Source: Eledone cirrhosa
Lineage: Eukaryota
Direction of reading: 5' to 3'
Assembly: GCA_964016885.1 (NCBI GenBank)
Contig: OZ024756.1
Location: 14,446,001-14,510,000, forward strand
Length of the DNA: 64,000 nt
Shown: piece after piece, positions 26,601 through 38,962 of the stretch
Layout of the letters: every line of letters starts with the position of its first letter
Numbering within the stretch: the first letter of the stretch is position 1
The notes under the pieces: model-generated
Seen by the model: the letters and a program-made list of their open reading frames with translations, nothing else
Database searches by the model: none
What the model was told of the DNA's origin: nothing
Translations under genes and position numbers: made by a program

Positions 26601-29600
26601 AAGGGTTGGCATCAGGAAGGGCAGCTGGCTGTGTTAGTAAGGTAAGGGTTGGCATCAGGAAGGGCAACTGGCTGTGTTAGTAAGGTAAGGGTTGGCATCA
26701 GGAAGGGCAGCTGGCTGTGTTAGTAAGGTAGGGGTTGGCATCAGGAAGGGCAGCTGGCTGTGTTAGTAAGGTAAGGGTTGGCATCAGGAAGGGCAACTGG
26801 CTGTGTTAGTAAGGTAAGGGTTGGCATCAGGAAGGGCAGCTGGCTGTGTTAGTAAGGTAAGGGTTGGCATCAGGAAGGGCAACTGGCTGTGTTAGTAAGG
26901 TAAGGGTTGGCATCAGGAAGGGCAACTGGCTGTGTTAGTAAGGTAAGGGTTGGCATCAGGAAGGGCAACTGGCTGTGTTAGTAAGGTAAGGGTTGGCATC
27001 AGGAAGGGCAGCTGGCTGTGTTAGTAAGGTAGGGGTTGGCATCAGGAAGGGCAACTGGCTGTGTTAGTAAGGTAAGGGTTGGCATCAGGAAGGGCAGCTG
27101 GCTGTGTTAGTAAGGTAAGGGTTGGCATCAGGAAGGGCAGCTGGCTGTGTTAGTAAGGTAGGGGTTGGCATCAGGAAGGGCAACTGGCTGTGTTAGTAAG
27201 GTAAGGGTTGGCATCAGGAAGGGCAACTGGCTGTGTTAGTAAGGTAGGGGTTGGCATCAGGAAGGGCAACTGGCTGTGTTAGTAAGGTAGGGGTTGGCAT
27301 CAGGAAGGGCAGCTGGCTGTGTTAGTAAGGTAGGGGTTGGAATTAGGAAGGGCAACTGGCTGTGTTAGTAAGGTAGGGGCTGGTATCAGGAAGGGCAGCT
27401 GGCTGTGTTAGTAAGGTAGGGGTTGGCATCAGGAAGGGCAGCTGGCTGTGTTAGTAAGGTAGGGGTTGGAATTAGGAAGGGCAACTGGCTGTGTTAGTAA
27501 GGTAGGGGTTGGCATCAGGAAGGGCAACTGGCTGTGTTAGTAAGGTAGGGGTTGGCATCAGGAAGGGCAACTGGCTGTGTTAGTAAGGTAGGGGTTGGCA
27601 TCAGGAAGGGCAACTGGCTGTGTTAGTAAGGTAGGGGTTGGCATCAGGAAGGGCAGCTGGCTGTGTTAGTAAGGTAGGGGTTGGAATTAGGAAGGGCAAC
27701 TGGCTGTGTTAGTAAGGTAAGGGTTGGCATCAGGAAGGGCAGCTGGCTGTGTTAGTAAGGTAGGGGTTGGTATCAGGAAGGGCAGCTGGCTGTGTTAGTA
27801 AGGTAGGGGTTGGAATTAGGAAGGGCAACTGGCTGTGTTAGTAAGGTAAGGGTTGGCATCAGGAAGGGCAACTGGCTGTGTTAGTAAGGTAGGGGTTGGC
27901 ATCAGGAAGGGCAACTGGCTGTGTTAGTAAGGTAGGGGTTGGCATCAGGAAGGGCAACTGGCTGTGTTAGTAAGGTAAGGGTTGGCATCAGGAAAGGCAA
28001 CTGGCTGTGTTAGTAAGGTAGGGGTTGGCATCAGGAAGGGCAACTGGCTGTGTTAGTAAGGTAGGGGTTGGAATTAGGAAGGGCAACTGGCTGTGTTAGT
28101 AAGGTAGGGGCTGGTATCAGGAAGGGCAGCTGGCTGTGTTAGTAAGGTAGGGGTTGGCATCAGGAAGAGCAGCTGGCTGTGTTAGTAAGGTAGGGGTTGG
28201 TATCAGGAAGGGCAGCTGGCTGTGTTAGTAAGGTAGGGGTTGGAATTAGGAAGGGCAACTGGCTGTGTTAGTAAGGTAAGGGTTGGCATCAGGAAGGGCA
28301 GCTGGCTGTGTTAGTAAGGTAGGGGTTGGCATCAGGAAGGGCAACTGGCTGTGTTAGTAAGGTAGGGGTTGGCATCAGGAAGGGCAACTGGCTGTGTTAG
28401 TAAGGTAGGGGTTGGCATCAGGAAGGGCAGCTGGCTGTGTTAGTAAGGTAGGGGTTGGAATTAGGAAGGGCAACTGGCTGTGTTAGTAAGGTAAGGGTTG
28501 GCATCAGGAAAGGCAACTGGCTGTGTTAGTAAGGTAGGGGTTGGAATTAGGAAGGGCAACTGGCTGTGTTAGTAAGGTAAGGGTTGGCATCAGGAAAGGC
28601 AACTGGCTGTGTTAGTAAGGTAGGGGTTGGTATCAGGAAGGGCAGCTGGCTGTGTTAGTAAGGTAGGGGTTGGAATTAGGAAGGGCAACTGGCTGTGTTA
28701 GTAAGGTAAGGGTTGGCATCAGGAAAGGCAACTGGCTGTGTTAGTAAGGTAGGGGTTGGCATCAGGAAGGGCAACTGGCTGTGTTAGTAAGGTAGGGGTT
28801 GGCATCAGGAAGGGCAGCTGGCTGTGTTAGTAAGGTAGGGGTTGGCATCAGGAAGGGCAGCTGGCTGTGTTAGTAAGGTAAGGGTTGGCATCAGGAAGGG
28901 CAACTGGCTGTGTTAGTAAGGTAGGGGTTGGAATTAGGAAGGGCAACTGGCTGTGTTAGTAAGGTAGGGGTTGGAATTAGGAAGGGCAACTGGCTGTGTT
29001 AGTAAGGTAGGGGTTGGCATCAGGAAAGGCAACTGGCTGTGTTAGTAAGGTAGGGGTTGGAATTAGGAAGGGCAACTGGCTGTGTTAGTAAGGTAGGGGT
29101 TGGAATTAGGAAGGGCAACTGGCTGTGTTAGTAAGGTAGGGGCTGGTATCAGGAAGGGCAGCTGGCTGTGTTAGTAAGGTAGGGGTTGGCATCAGGAAGG
29201 GCAACTGGCTGTGTTAGTAAGGTAGGGGTTGGAATTAGGAAGGGCAACTGGCTGTGTTAGTAAGGTAGGGGCTGGTATCAGGAAGGGCAGCTGGCTGTGT
29301 TAGTAAGGTAGGGGTTGGCATCAGGAAGGGCAGCTGGCTGTGTTAGTAAGGTAGGGGTTGGCATCAGGAAGGGCAACTGGCTGTGTTAGTAAGGTAGGGG
29401 TTGGAATTAGGAAGGGCAACTGGCTGTGTTAGTAAGGTAGGGGCTGGTATCAGGAAGGGCAGCTGGCTGTGTTAGTAAGGTAGGGGTTGGCATCAGGAAG
29501 GGCAGCTGGCTGTGTTAGTAAGGAAGGGCAACTGGCTGTGTTAGTAAGGTAGGGGCTGGTATCAGGAAGGGCAGCTGGCTGTGTTAGTAAGGTAGGGGTT

Positions 29601-29875
29601 GGCATCAGGAAGGGCAGCTGGCTGTGTTAGTAAGGTAGGGCAACTGGCTGTGTTAGTAAGGTAGGGGTTGGTATCAGGAAGGGCAGCTGGCCGTGTTTAC
29701 TAAGGTAGGGGTTGGCATCAGGAAGGGCAGCTGGCTGTGTTAGTAAGGTAGGGGTGGGCATCAGGAAGGGCAGCTGGCTGTGTTACTAAGGTAGGGGTTG
29801 GCATCAGGAAGGGCAACTGGCTGTGTTAGTAAGGTAGGGGTTGGCATCAGGAAGGGCAACTGGCTGTGTTAGTAA
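20675..29875. repeat. 43-bp minisatellite, about 210 copies
   Basis: Unit GTTAGTAAGGTA(G/A)GGGTTGGCATCAGGAAGGGCA(G/A)CTGGCTGT. Confidence 0.98.
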
Positions 29876-29927
29876 GAGAACTACCAAACAGGGATAGCAA
29901 TGAAATAAACATGTTATGTTTACTTAC

Positions 29928-30154
29928 TTAAAGACAGAACTATCAAACAGGGCTAGCTGACCATCCAGTCCGACACTTGCTAAGATTTGGCTGTCCTGGA
30001 AAAATGACAGGCCTGTTGCTGATGCTGAGTGGATCTGGTTGGCCGAATGTAATAGTTTGGCACGACTAGCATCCCAAATATTAATGGCTCCATCAGATGA
30101 TACGGCTCCAAGAATTGATGTCTTGTGAGGGGAGTAGCAGAGTCTGTTGATAGC
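29928..30154 (-). CDS. NEDD1: NEDD1 coding exon 5 (AINRLCYSPHKTSIL...LALFDSSVF)
   Basis: 227 nt; AAG acceptor after T-tract, GTAAGT donor; two WD40 repeats. Confidence 0.92.
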
Positions 30155-30459
30155 CTTTACACACAAAAAATAGAAAAAGAATATCATTAAAATACATTAA
30201 GAGAATATCATTTTTATTTTATTAAAAAAAAACAAAAAAAAAACGGTGGTATAAAATATCTTTGTTTATTTAGAGAGATATAAGATAGTAAATAAATAAG
30301 TACCAATCTGGACTAATAAGTAAGAGAGTTCATACGTGTGCATGGATCCTTAACTCTTGATGGAGTCATAGGGGTGCTGTAGTGAAAGACAGCATGTTTC
30401 AGGCCTTTTAAAGAAACTTGGTGGAGCCCATCAGATTTGAACATAGCTGATTTCTTGCA

Positions 30460-31092
30460 GAGAAGGAGAGAGGGGAAGAGAAAGGTAGGGAGAAGGAGGA
30501 GAGAAAGGAAGGGAGAAGGGGGAGAGAAAGGAAGGGAGAAGGGGGAGAGAAAGGAAGGGAGAAGGGGGAGAGAGGGGAAGAGAGGGAGAAGGGGGAGAGA
30601 GAGAGAAGGGGGAGAGAGAGAGAAGGGGGAGAGAGAGAGAGGGGAAGAGAGAGTAAGAGAAAGAAGAAAAGAGGAAAGAAGAAGAGAGGAAATGAGAAAG
30701 AGGAAGATAAAAAGGAAGAGAGGAAGAGAGAGAGGAAGAGAGAGAGAGGAGAGAGAGAGGAAGAGAGAGAGGAAGAGAGAGAGGAAGAGAGAGAGGAAGA
30801 GAGAAAGGAAGAGAGAAAGGAAGAGAGAAAGGAAGAGAGAAAGGAAGAGAGAGAGAGGAAGAGAGAGAGAGAGAGGAAGAGAGAGAGAGAGAGGAAGAGA
30901 GAGAGAGAGAGGAAGAGAGAGAGAGGAAGAGAGAGAAAGGAAGAGAGAGAAAGGAAGAGAGAGAGAGGAAGAGAGAGAAAGGAAGAGAGAGGAAGAGAGA
31001 GAAAGGAAGAGAGAGAGGAAGAGAGAGAAAGGAAGAGAGAGAGAGGAAGAGAGAGAGGAAGAGAGAAAGGAAGAGAGAGAGAGGAAGAGAGA
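30460..31092. repeat. Polypurine (GA-rich) low-complexity tract
   Basis: Almost pure A/G with GGAAGAGAGA(GA) periodicity. Confidence 0.95.
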
Positions 31093-31483
31093 TATAAAGG
31101 AAGAATTGACCCCAGAACTAGACTAGTATTTTATTCATCGACCTTGAAAGGATGAAAGGCAAAGTTGACCTCAGTAGGTTTTGACCTCAGAGAATACAGA
31201 GAGTCGGAATAAATACCCCCAAAGCTTGCTATCCTAGATTCTAATGACTTTACCAATTCACCACCCAGAGTTCACATGATCAACTTAATAAAAAACATCA
31301 AAAAACTAAAAAACTCGAGCTTAATGTACTGCCACTGAACCCAGTAAAAGAATAAAAATTGCTGCTAGGTTGTTGCTTTCCCTTTCCAACTAAGAGGCAT
31401 ATTTCAATACACAGAGAATAATTTTCTGTGTATGTCATTTGGTAAAACCCCACTTACTTTAGGTATCTAAATTTATACATTAA

Positions 31484-31801
31484 GGCACATGGCTTAGTGG
31501 TTAGAGCATTGGGCTTGCAATCGGAAGGTTGTGAGTTCAATTCTCAGACCGGGTGATGTGTTATTTCCTTGAGCAAGACACTTTATTTCACATTGCTCCA
31601 GTTTACTCAGCTGTAGAAATGAGATGATAGGGACTGGGGTCCCTATCATTCCACTGCCAAGTGGTCATGGAGGTGCCACGGAAAAAAAAAGCACCCAGCA
31701 CTCACTGTAAATGAGGTTGGTGTTAGGAAGGGCATCCAGCTGTAGAAATCAAGCCAGAATCAGTTGCCGTCCCACCCTTGCAAGCAGGGAAAAGCAGACG
31801 T

Positions 31802-31832
<31 letters not shown>
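31484..31832 (+). mobile_element. tRNA-derived SINE family A; other copies 1-226, 2792-3178, 10236-10606(-), 13516-13850(-), 34550-34881, 38199-38558(-), 46524-46865, 49367-49705
   Basis: A box TGGCTTAGTGG, B box GAGTTCAATTC, central CCTTGAGCAAGACACTT domain, 3' part shared with the RTE UTR, (ATG)n/(AAATG)n tail. Confidence 0.9.
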
Positions 31833-31833
<1 letters not shown>

Positions 31834-32429
31834 ACCATGTAGCTTAAATGGGGTTCCTTTGAAGGATTTTTGGAGTAACATTACTCGATAAAGTATGTAG
31901 CTCGGAAAGTTGCTCCAGATAGAGCTGCTACTTCTCAGAATTGATTGAGAGATCACAGCTCTGATAGTAGGGGCATGTGGTTAGAATCTTGTTCCTTTGA
32001 AGAGTCCATGGAGTAATGTTCTTGATAGAGTTCATAGCTCGGAGATCAAAGTATCGCCACATCTCCAAATTGAGGGATCACAGCTTCGATACTATGGGCA
32101 TGTGGTTGGAATGTCTTAGGAAAGAATCGTTGGACAGATTTTATGAGCAAAACCAACAGGCAGGAGACCCAGGGGTAGACTCCGAGCAAGATGGTTGGAT
32201 AACATCCACGAGCTCGGCTGGTCTCACTTGGGGATCCAACCAGATCAATTGGAAATGGCTGCTTGTGGTAGGACCTGCTGGAAGGAGGGTTTTCAGGACT
32301 CTTCCCCCATGACCCTCAAAGAATATATGGGGTAAAGAAGCAGAAGGACACACTTCAGTTATACCCCCTCCCAATAGCTCACTTTTTTTTTTTTTTTGAA
32401 ATAGCCAAGATACCCCAAGTTACACTTAC

Positions 32430-32570
32430 CTGGACTCTTGGTGCCAAAAGGGGAGTTGATGTATCACGGTATACAAAGTTGGTCAGAATGATTTCACCAT
32501 TGTCTGAGCCTGATGCTATGTGGCTGCTGTTCTCGTTAAACTGGATGCTGGTTATGTTGCTGCTATGACC
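32430..32570 (-). CDS. NEDD1: NEDD1 coding exon 4 (GHSSNITSIQF...LLAPRVQ)
   Basis: 141 nt; CAG acceptor, GTAAGT donor; GH-starting WD40 repeat. Confidence 0.92.
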
Positions 32571-32656
32571 CTGTATATCACACAGAAAGGGCATAGGTTA
32601 ACAAGATTGACAAATAAATTTTAGTAACTTCATAGAAATTGTTAAATTAGGTTAAC

Positions 32657-32880
32657 TTAACCCTTTAGCATTTAAACTGGCTCTATCCAGCCAGAATTCC
32701 GTTACCTCTTTCTGTTCAAACCGCCCATAATTGGCTGCTTATACCAACATTGAGGTGTTGTTCTTAAAATAAATAATGCCATCCTCAAAATCTCATAGAT
32801 TTGATATTATGTGAGATAATAATGCGAGATAAAGCCTTTACCGCAAAAATACAATAGGAATGTAAATGCCAAAGGGTTAA
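32657..32880. mobile_element. TTAA-flanked MITE (piggyBac/Kolobok-type); copies at 18286-18515, 32955-33159, 41351-41566
   Basis: TTAA-CCCTTTAGCATTTA...TAAATGCCAAAGGG-TTAA termini with shared internal sequence in four copies. Confidence 0.8.
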
Positions 32881-33189
32881 TGTTTAATATGATGTTACTG
32901 TATATATAACTGGATGGTTGTTTAGTTGTTGTCATCTAAATAACCATCCAGTTATTAACCCTTTAGCATTCACATTACTCTATATATACTATTATATTTT
33001 CATGGTAAAAGCCTTATCTCACATAATATCGAATCTATGAGATTTTGAAAGTATTTATTTTGAGAACAATACTTTAACATCAGTTTGAGCGACCAGTTAC
33101 AGCCAGTTTCAACAGAAAGAGGTAGAGAATTCTGGCCGGTTTGAACATTAAAGGCTTAAACTAACTGATGGTTCAGTGAAGATACTTAC

Positions 33190-33306
33190 AGAGAGTTTAC
33201 TGGTCTGTCTAGAACCAGTCATGTGGTAGACATATAAGAGATTGTCTTGACCGGCAGTAGCTATCAATTTGTCCCGACTTCCTATAGCAATACACTTCTG
33301 ACCGAC
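33190..33306 (-). CDS. NEDD1: NEDD1 coding exon 3 (VGQKCIAIGSRDKLIATAGQDNLLYVYHMTGSRQTSKLS)
   Basis: 117 nt; acceptor tttccacacag, donor GTAAGT; WD40 strand pattern. Confidence 0.87.
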
Positions 33307-33386
33307 CTGTGTGGAAATTGGAAATAAAGGAATCAGTGTTCAATATTTGAAATATATGGTGGGTGGGGAGGATCAGTGTTGAAAAC

Positions 33387-33420
<34 letters not shown>

Positions 33421-35017
33421 CATACATACTTATATATAACACACATATACATACATATATATATAACACACACACACACACATATATATGCGTGTGTGTA
33501 TATATAGATACATATCTATATACATATATATAAACATTTATATATACAGATATATAACACACATATACATATATATATATATATATAACACATGTATATA
33601 CATATATGTGTGTGTGTGTATGTATATATATATACTAGCTGCAGTACCCGGTAATACCTGGGAAAGGTGGGGTTATTTGCAGTTCCCAGAGTGCACCTGA
33701 AAATGCTAGTGACTCTTGGTGCCCATACTGGATTTTCAATAGCAACCTTTGCTAGGTGTGTTTATGGCAGTTCAATTTTGTGTGTGGAACTATCAATAGC
33801 TGTTTAAGTCACAAGTCCTTCTTCCATCCAGCATTCTCCATTCAGGGTGAATAAGGAGGGGAAGTTTGAGCTCGAAGAGTATCGAACTTATTCAACACAC
33901 TTATGTATAAGAATAGCAAACTTACTGCCTTAACGTTCAAGAACAAACACAGAACAATTGAGGAAGTCATCGCAATTATTGAAGAAATTATGACCAAGTG
34001 AACATATTCAGGTACTGTTCAAGAACCCTTTATATCACCATTTGTAAAGCCCTTCGAATGACTGAAGCAATTCAATACAACCATCCCGTTTTCCCCCTAT
34101 AACCTGAAAAAAACCCCACCATAATAAGTTGGATAAACAATCAGAAGTGTTGGCCCAAAAGAGGGCCTTGTAACATTCACTGTTGCAAAGTGTCAATAAT
34201 GGGGGAGAAGTTACATCTTAATTTGTGTTAATCTTCCCATGATCCGACACAACGAAATATCGACAAAATAAACTCTACTCTCAAAGATGGCATGTTACAA
34301 TTAACATGCCGGGAGTACAGAAATTGCCATTTATATAGTAGATATATATATTTTAAAATATTTATCAATACGTACGAATTATTAATCATATATGTAAGTT
34401 CGTTAACCTGCTATCTGATTTTTCTTTGGCAACACATCTATATATATATTTCGTTTCTGAATTTGTTTAGCAAGATTCTTTATCTGAAAACGTGTGTTGA
34501 AACTGATATTGTTATACTTTGGCAACATGACCCTCCCAAAGTATAACAAAGGCACATGGCTTAGTGGTTAGAGCTTGCAATCGAAAGGTTGTGAGTTCAA
34601 TTCTGAGACCGGGTGATGTGTTGTTTCCTTGAGCAAGACACTTTATTTCACATTGCTCCAGTTTACTCAGCTGTAGAAATGAGATGATAGGGACTGGGGT
34701 CCATATCATTCCACTGCAAAGTGGTCATGGAGGTGCCATGGCAAAAAAGCACCCAGCACTCACTGTAAATGAGGTTGGTGTTAGGAAGGGCATCCAGCTG
34801 TAGAAATCAAGCCAGCATCAATTCCCATCCCACCCTTGCAAGCAGGGAAAAGCGGACGTAAAATGAAATGATGATGATGATATATATATATATATATCCA
34901 AAATTAAGTTAAATTAAGGGTGTCATGTCAGATAAACATGCGCCATATCACCCGTAAAATATGCTCCAAGATTCCAATGAATAGATCCGAGCATTTTATA
35001 TCAACTAGAAATTGATT

Positions 35018-35051
<34 letters not shown>

Positions 35052-35079
35052 CAGTCTTGCATCATATACATATTTTAAT

Positions 35080-35171
35080 ACATATTACACATGTTTCACT
35101 GTCGATCAGCTCGAGGAATGATTTATTAATGATCGAACCTGTCTCTGGAATTGGGAGCTCCTCAGATATGT
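35080..35171 (-). ncRNA. Type I hammerhead motif
   Basis: Minus strand ACATAT-CTGAGGA-GCT...AGT-GAAA-CATGTG-TA-ATATGT, about 30 nt from a (TA)n tract. Confidence 0.68.
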
Positions 35172-36002
35172 TTTAACATGTAGACTCCCAACTGAGAGTG
35201 ATTGAATATTACCCCGATTAATTCTTATATGGTACCACAAATTCTGTCATAGGGGTGTGTCATCGTATTCATTTGTTGGTTTGTTTTTGGTCAGATCACA
35301 GCTGGGGGGGGGGGGCTTCCTATAAATTAGCAGTTGTTATCGCCGTCTTGGTCAAGTTGTCATACGTATCCATGTGTGTCAACCCGTCTACCTGACGTCC
35401 GTTGGTCCGTTGGTGTGTCCATCACTGCAACTTCTACAGTCAAATTTCCCTGTACATGTACTGCACACGTATATTTTCCTACCTGTTAGTTTGCCTGCTA
35501 TCCCACTACATCTCTTGTGCACTCAGGATCTGCATTGTGTGCATTTTATAGAATTTATGCCAGCTCCTTTTCTGCATATCGAACATGGCCATTTCCCCCC
35601 GATGGAATCAGAGTTTTGCCCTCTTTTCTACTCATCATCACTTTTGTCTCAGTTGTACAGAAGACCCGACTGCCATTGCATACAAACCTACAGTCAGTAG
35701 GCACCTCTTAACCGAATGTACACCTCACCGCCACACCATACCCCACTCTCTCTTTCCCATTCCGTCCTTTGTATCGATGACAGTCCACACTGTAAGGTGG
35801 CCATGAAGGAGACATGGTAAAAAGGCTCCCAGTCCACACTGTAAAGTGGTTGGTGTTAGGAAGGGCATGCAGCTGTAGAAAACATGCCAGGGACACTTCT
35901 GTGCGAGCAAGAGACAGTCTCCCGACCATTCCTGCATCAAATAGAATAAAAACCTCTAACCCATGCTAGCGTAGAAGATAGACATTAAACGATGATGATG
36001 AG

Positions 36003-36035
<33 letters not shown>

Positions 36036-36893
36036 TACACATATATATATATATGCATTTATGTTTATAAACACACACACACATATATATATATATACAT
36101 CTATGTACACACACACACATATATATATATACATCTATGTATACACACACACATATATATATATAAATATATACATATACATACATACACACATACATAC
36201 ACACATCACACTAATGGAAGTTATCCTATAAATATTTACAACATTAATGGAAGATATTGATGTAAAGTTATACGACACTAATGGAGGACAGACAGTAAAT
36301 ATTTATCAGGCTAATGGGCAATAACTTGCAAATATATACTCTACATATGTAAGAGATAGTGTATATGTGTGTGTGTGTGTATATATCATCATCATCATCT
36401 TCGTTTAACGTCCATCTTCCACGCTAGCATGGGTTAGACATATATATATGTATATATATACACACACACACACACATGACAAAGGACCGTGACAAGTGGA
36501 GACATGCTGTACTGAATAAGACCCGTCCCACCCTTGCAAGCAGGGAAAAGCGAACGTATGATGATGTTGATGATAATGATAATGATATGTGTGTGTGTTT
36601 TGTGTATGTATATATATATATATAATCAAATAAAGAGATATATGTTTATATATACAGAGAGAGAAAGAGCCATATATCACACAAGAAACACAGTATATTA
36701 TATATATATATATATATACCAAATATATATTCTATAGAAGAATATGTACACAGGTGAAATCATAAGTGAAACCTTACAGCGCTATTTCATACCTGCAGAG
36801 TGTAGCTAAAAATCGATCATCTTTAAACATATTTGATATGTTTTGATTCATTATTTGTACTAGCAGAAAAACCACCCTTCAGGTGGATTTGTA

Positions 36894-37376
36894 CTAGCAG
36901 AAAAACCACCCTTCGGGTGGGTTTCTGCTAGCATGTGTAGAGTGCATATTGATATTATACGCAAGTATATATGCATGTAGATATGATACATCAAATAAAA
37001 TCGTAATTGACAATATATAATACACAGAAATTGAACGAAGACATTGTTACACTGTCTTATTTAATCAGTAACGTAATCCATGATACATTAAAAAAAGACA
37101 ATATTATATATAAACTGCATTAGGAGAAAATTAGTGACAGAAAATTAGTATGTTTATTTAAACGATTGCCAACCGGAAGTGTTGCATTTCAGAAATTTTA
37201 AAGAAGTGAATTTTTAAATAAACAAAATATATTTAATCAACAGCCACGAAATTTAGTAGATAAATTATGTAATATTCATTCATTATTTATTCAAAGTAAT
37301 CTAACTTATTTTACAAAAGGGATAAAAAAAAAAAACCGTACGCAGTCCTGCAGACTTTCCTTTATTATAGTTTAGA
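36894..37376 (-). mobile_element. Non-autonomous Helitron
   Basis: Minus strand starts TCTAAACTATAATAAAG and ends in hairpin CCACCCGAAGGGTGG plus CTAG, inserted between A and T. The 3' end is duplicated at 36860 and also seen at 12385. Confidence 0.75.
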
Positions 37377-37596
37377 TTTAATGGCTCCAAAGCTTTTAAC
37401 TTGTTGAGCTCTGTGGCTAGAATTACCGCTCCTATTTCTAGAGGAGCTATTATCCACCTTATGGATATTTAGTTGCCTCCAGTCTAACGTATTTCACCAT
37501 GCGCTTCTTAGCATGGTGAACGTGTTGGACTTAGCTATGGATATTCCCAGGTATATTGATTTATTTACAATCTTCATTCTATATTTCCCTTAGACT

Positions 37597-37766
37597 AAAC
37601 CTCTGAAGAGTACCTGAGTCTCATGTGGTTTAATCATAATCGATAGTTTGTCTTCGATGATCGAATATATTGATTGATTTTTCTTTCTTTTTCTTCTTTC
37701 GATGATTGATTACATAGATTGATTTTTAGCCACACTCTCCGGGTATGAAATAGCGCTATAAGGTTT
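37597..37766 (+). ncRNA. Type I hammerhead motif with ~135-nt stem II domain
   Basis: AAACCT-CTGAAGA-GTACCTGAG...CTCCGGGTAT-GAAA-TAGCGCTA-TA-AGGTTT. Confidence 0.75.
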
Positions 37767-37984
37767 CACTTATGATTCCACCTGTGTACATATTCTTCTA
37801 TAGAATATGTATTTGGTATATATACAATATAGCGTGTTTCTTGTGTGATTATATGGCTCTTTCCCTCTTTGTGTGTACATATATCTCTTTATTTGGTTAT
37901 TATGGCTCTAACTAAAGTCCATTGAGCTTGCTTATTGAGAAACACAAAATTTTAAACATACTTGATATGTTTTGATTCATTATT

Positions 37985-38015
<31 letters not shown>

Positions 38016-38106
38016 TAGAAAAAAACAAGGAAGTTTCGTTTACATATAAAAGATATTTATTGTGTATCAACCTGTTATGTGCATTTCGCAGAGGATTTGT
38101 CACATC

Positions 38107-38198
38107 ACTAGTCTGAGGAGCAGATCGATAGTGGAGTCAGGTCCATAACTCCTATGGGTGACCTTGAGCCAATCCTTTGCGAAATGTGCATAACAGGT
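38107..38198 (+). ncRNA. Type I hammerhead motif
   Basis: ACTAGT-CTGAGGA-GCAGA...TTTGC-GAAA-TGTGCA-TA-ACAGGT; one mismatch in stem I. Confidence 0.65.
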
Positions 38199-38962
38199 CA
38201 TCATCATCATTTTACGTCTGCTTTTCCCTGCTTGCAAGGGTGGGACGGGAACTGATTCTGGCTTGATTTCTACACCTGGATGCCCTTCCTAACACCAACC
38301 TCATTTACAGTGAGTGCTGGGTGCTTTTTTTTCCGTGGCACCTACACGTCCACTTTACAGTGTGGGCCGGGTGTTTTTTTTGCCGTGGAATGATAGGGAC
38401 CCCAGTCCCTATCATCTCATTTCTACAGCTGAGTAAACTGGAGCAATGTGAAATAAAGTGTCTTGCTCAAGGAAACAACACATCACCCGGTCTGAGAATT
38501 GAACTCATAACCTTTTGATTGAAAGGCCAATGCTCTAATCACTAAGCCATGTGCCTCCATGTCAATACACAATAAATATCTTTTATATGTAAACAAAACT
38601 TCCTTGTTTCTTTTCTATTATATACACTCTGCCTGTGTATAGAGTGCTTGATTTGGTAGCAACACCAGTAATTCACTGAACCACCTACATATATACATAT
38701 ACACACATATATATATATACATATACACACATATATATATATACATATATATATAGTCTGGAACTAGCTGTTGAAAGTGCAAAAGCTCAGCCATTGGGAT
38801 ACAACTCTTTCATATAACCATACTCTACTACTCCAAGTATCAAGTACTCTGATGAGTAATGGTCTAACCAGTTTCTTATTGTATCCATCTTGATTTATGC
38901 ATATATATATATATATATATATATAAGTTATAAGAATCAAAGTTCTGATCAAATCATTTATA

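Noticed and set aside
20675-29875. CRISPR-like regular array (also 39962 and 57349)
   Set aside because: Head-to-tail units with no unique spacers, no cas genes, eukaryotic context.
30437-31126. 229-aa R/E/K-rich ORF
   Set aside because: A polypurine tract lacks stop codons by composition.
31484-31552. tRNA gene
   Set aside because: A/B boxes continue into SINE body in many copies; no complete cloverleaf.
31835-32345. ORFs 32016-32312 and 32141-32374 as extra exons or a gene
   Set aside because: Not needed for NEDD1 phase and no recognisable domain; probably an old TE fragment that I could not classify.
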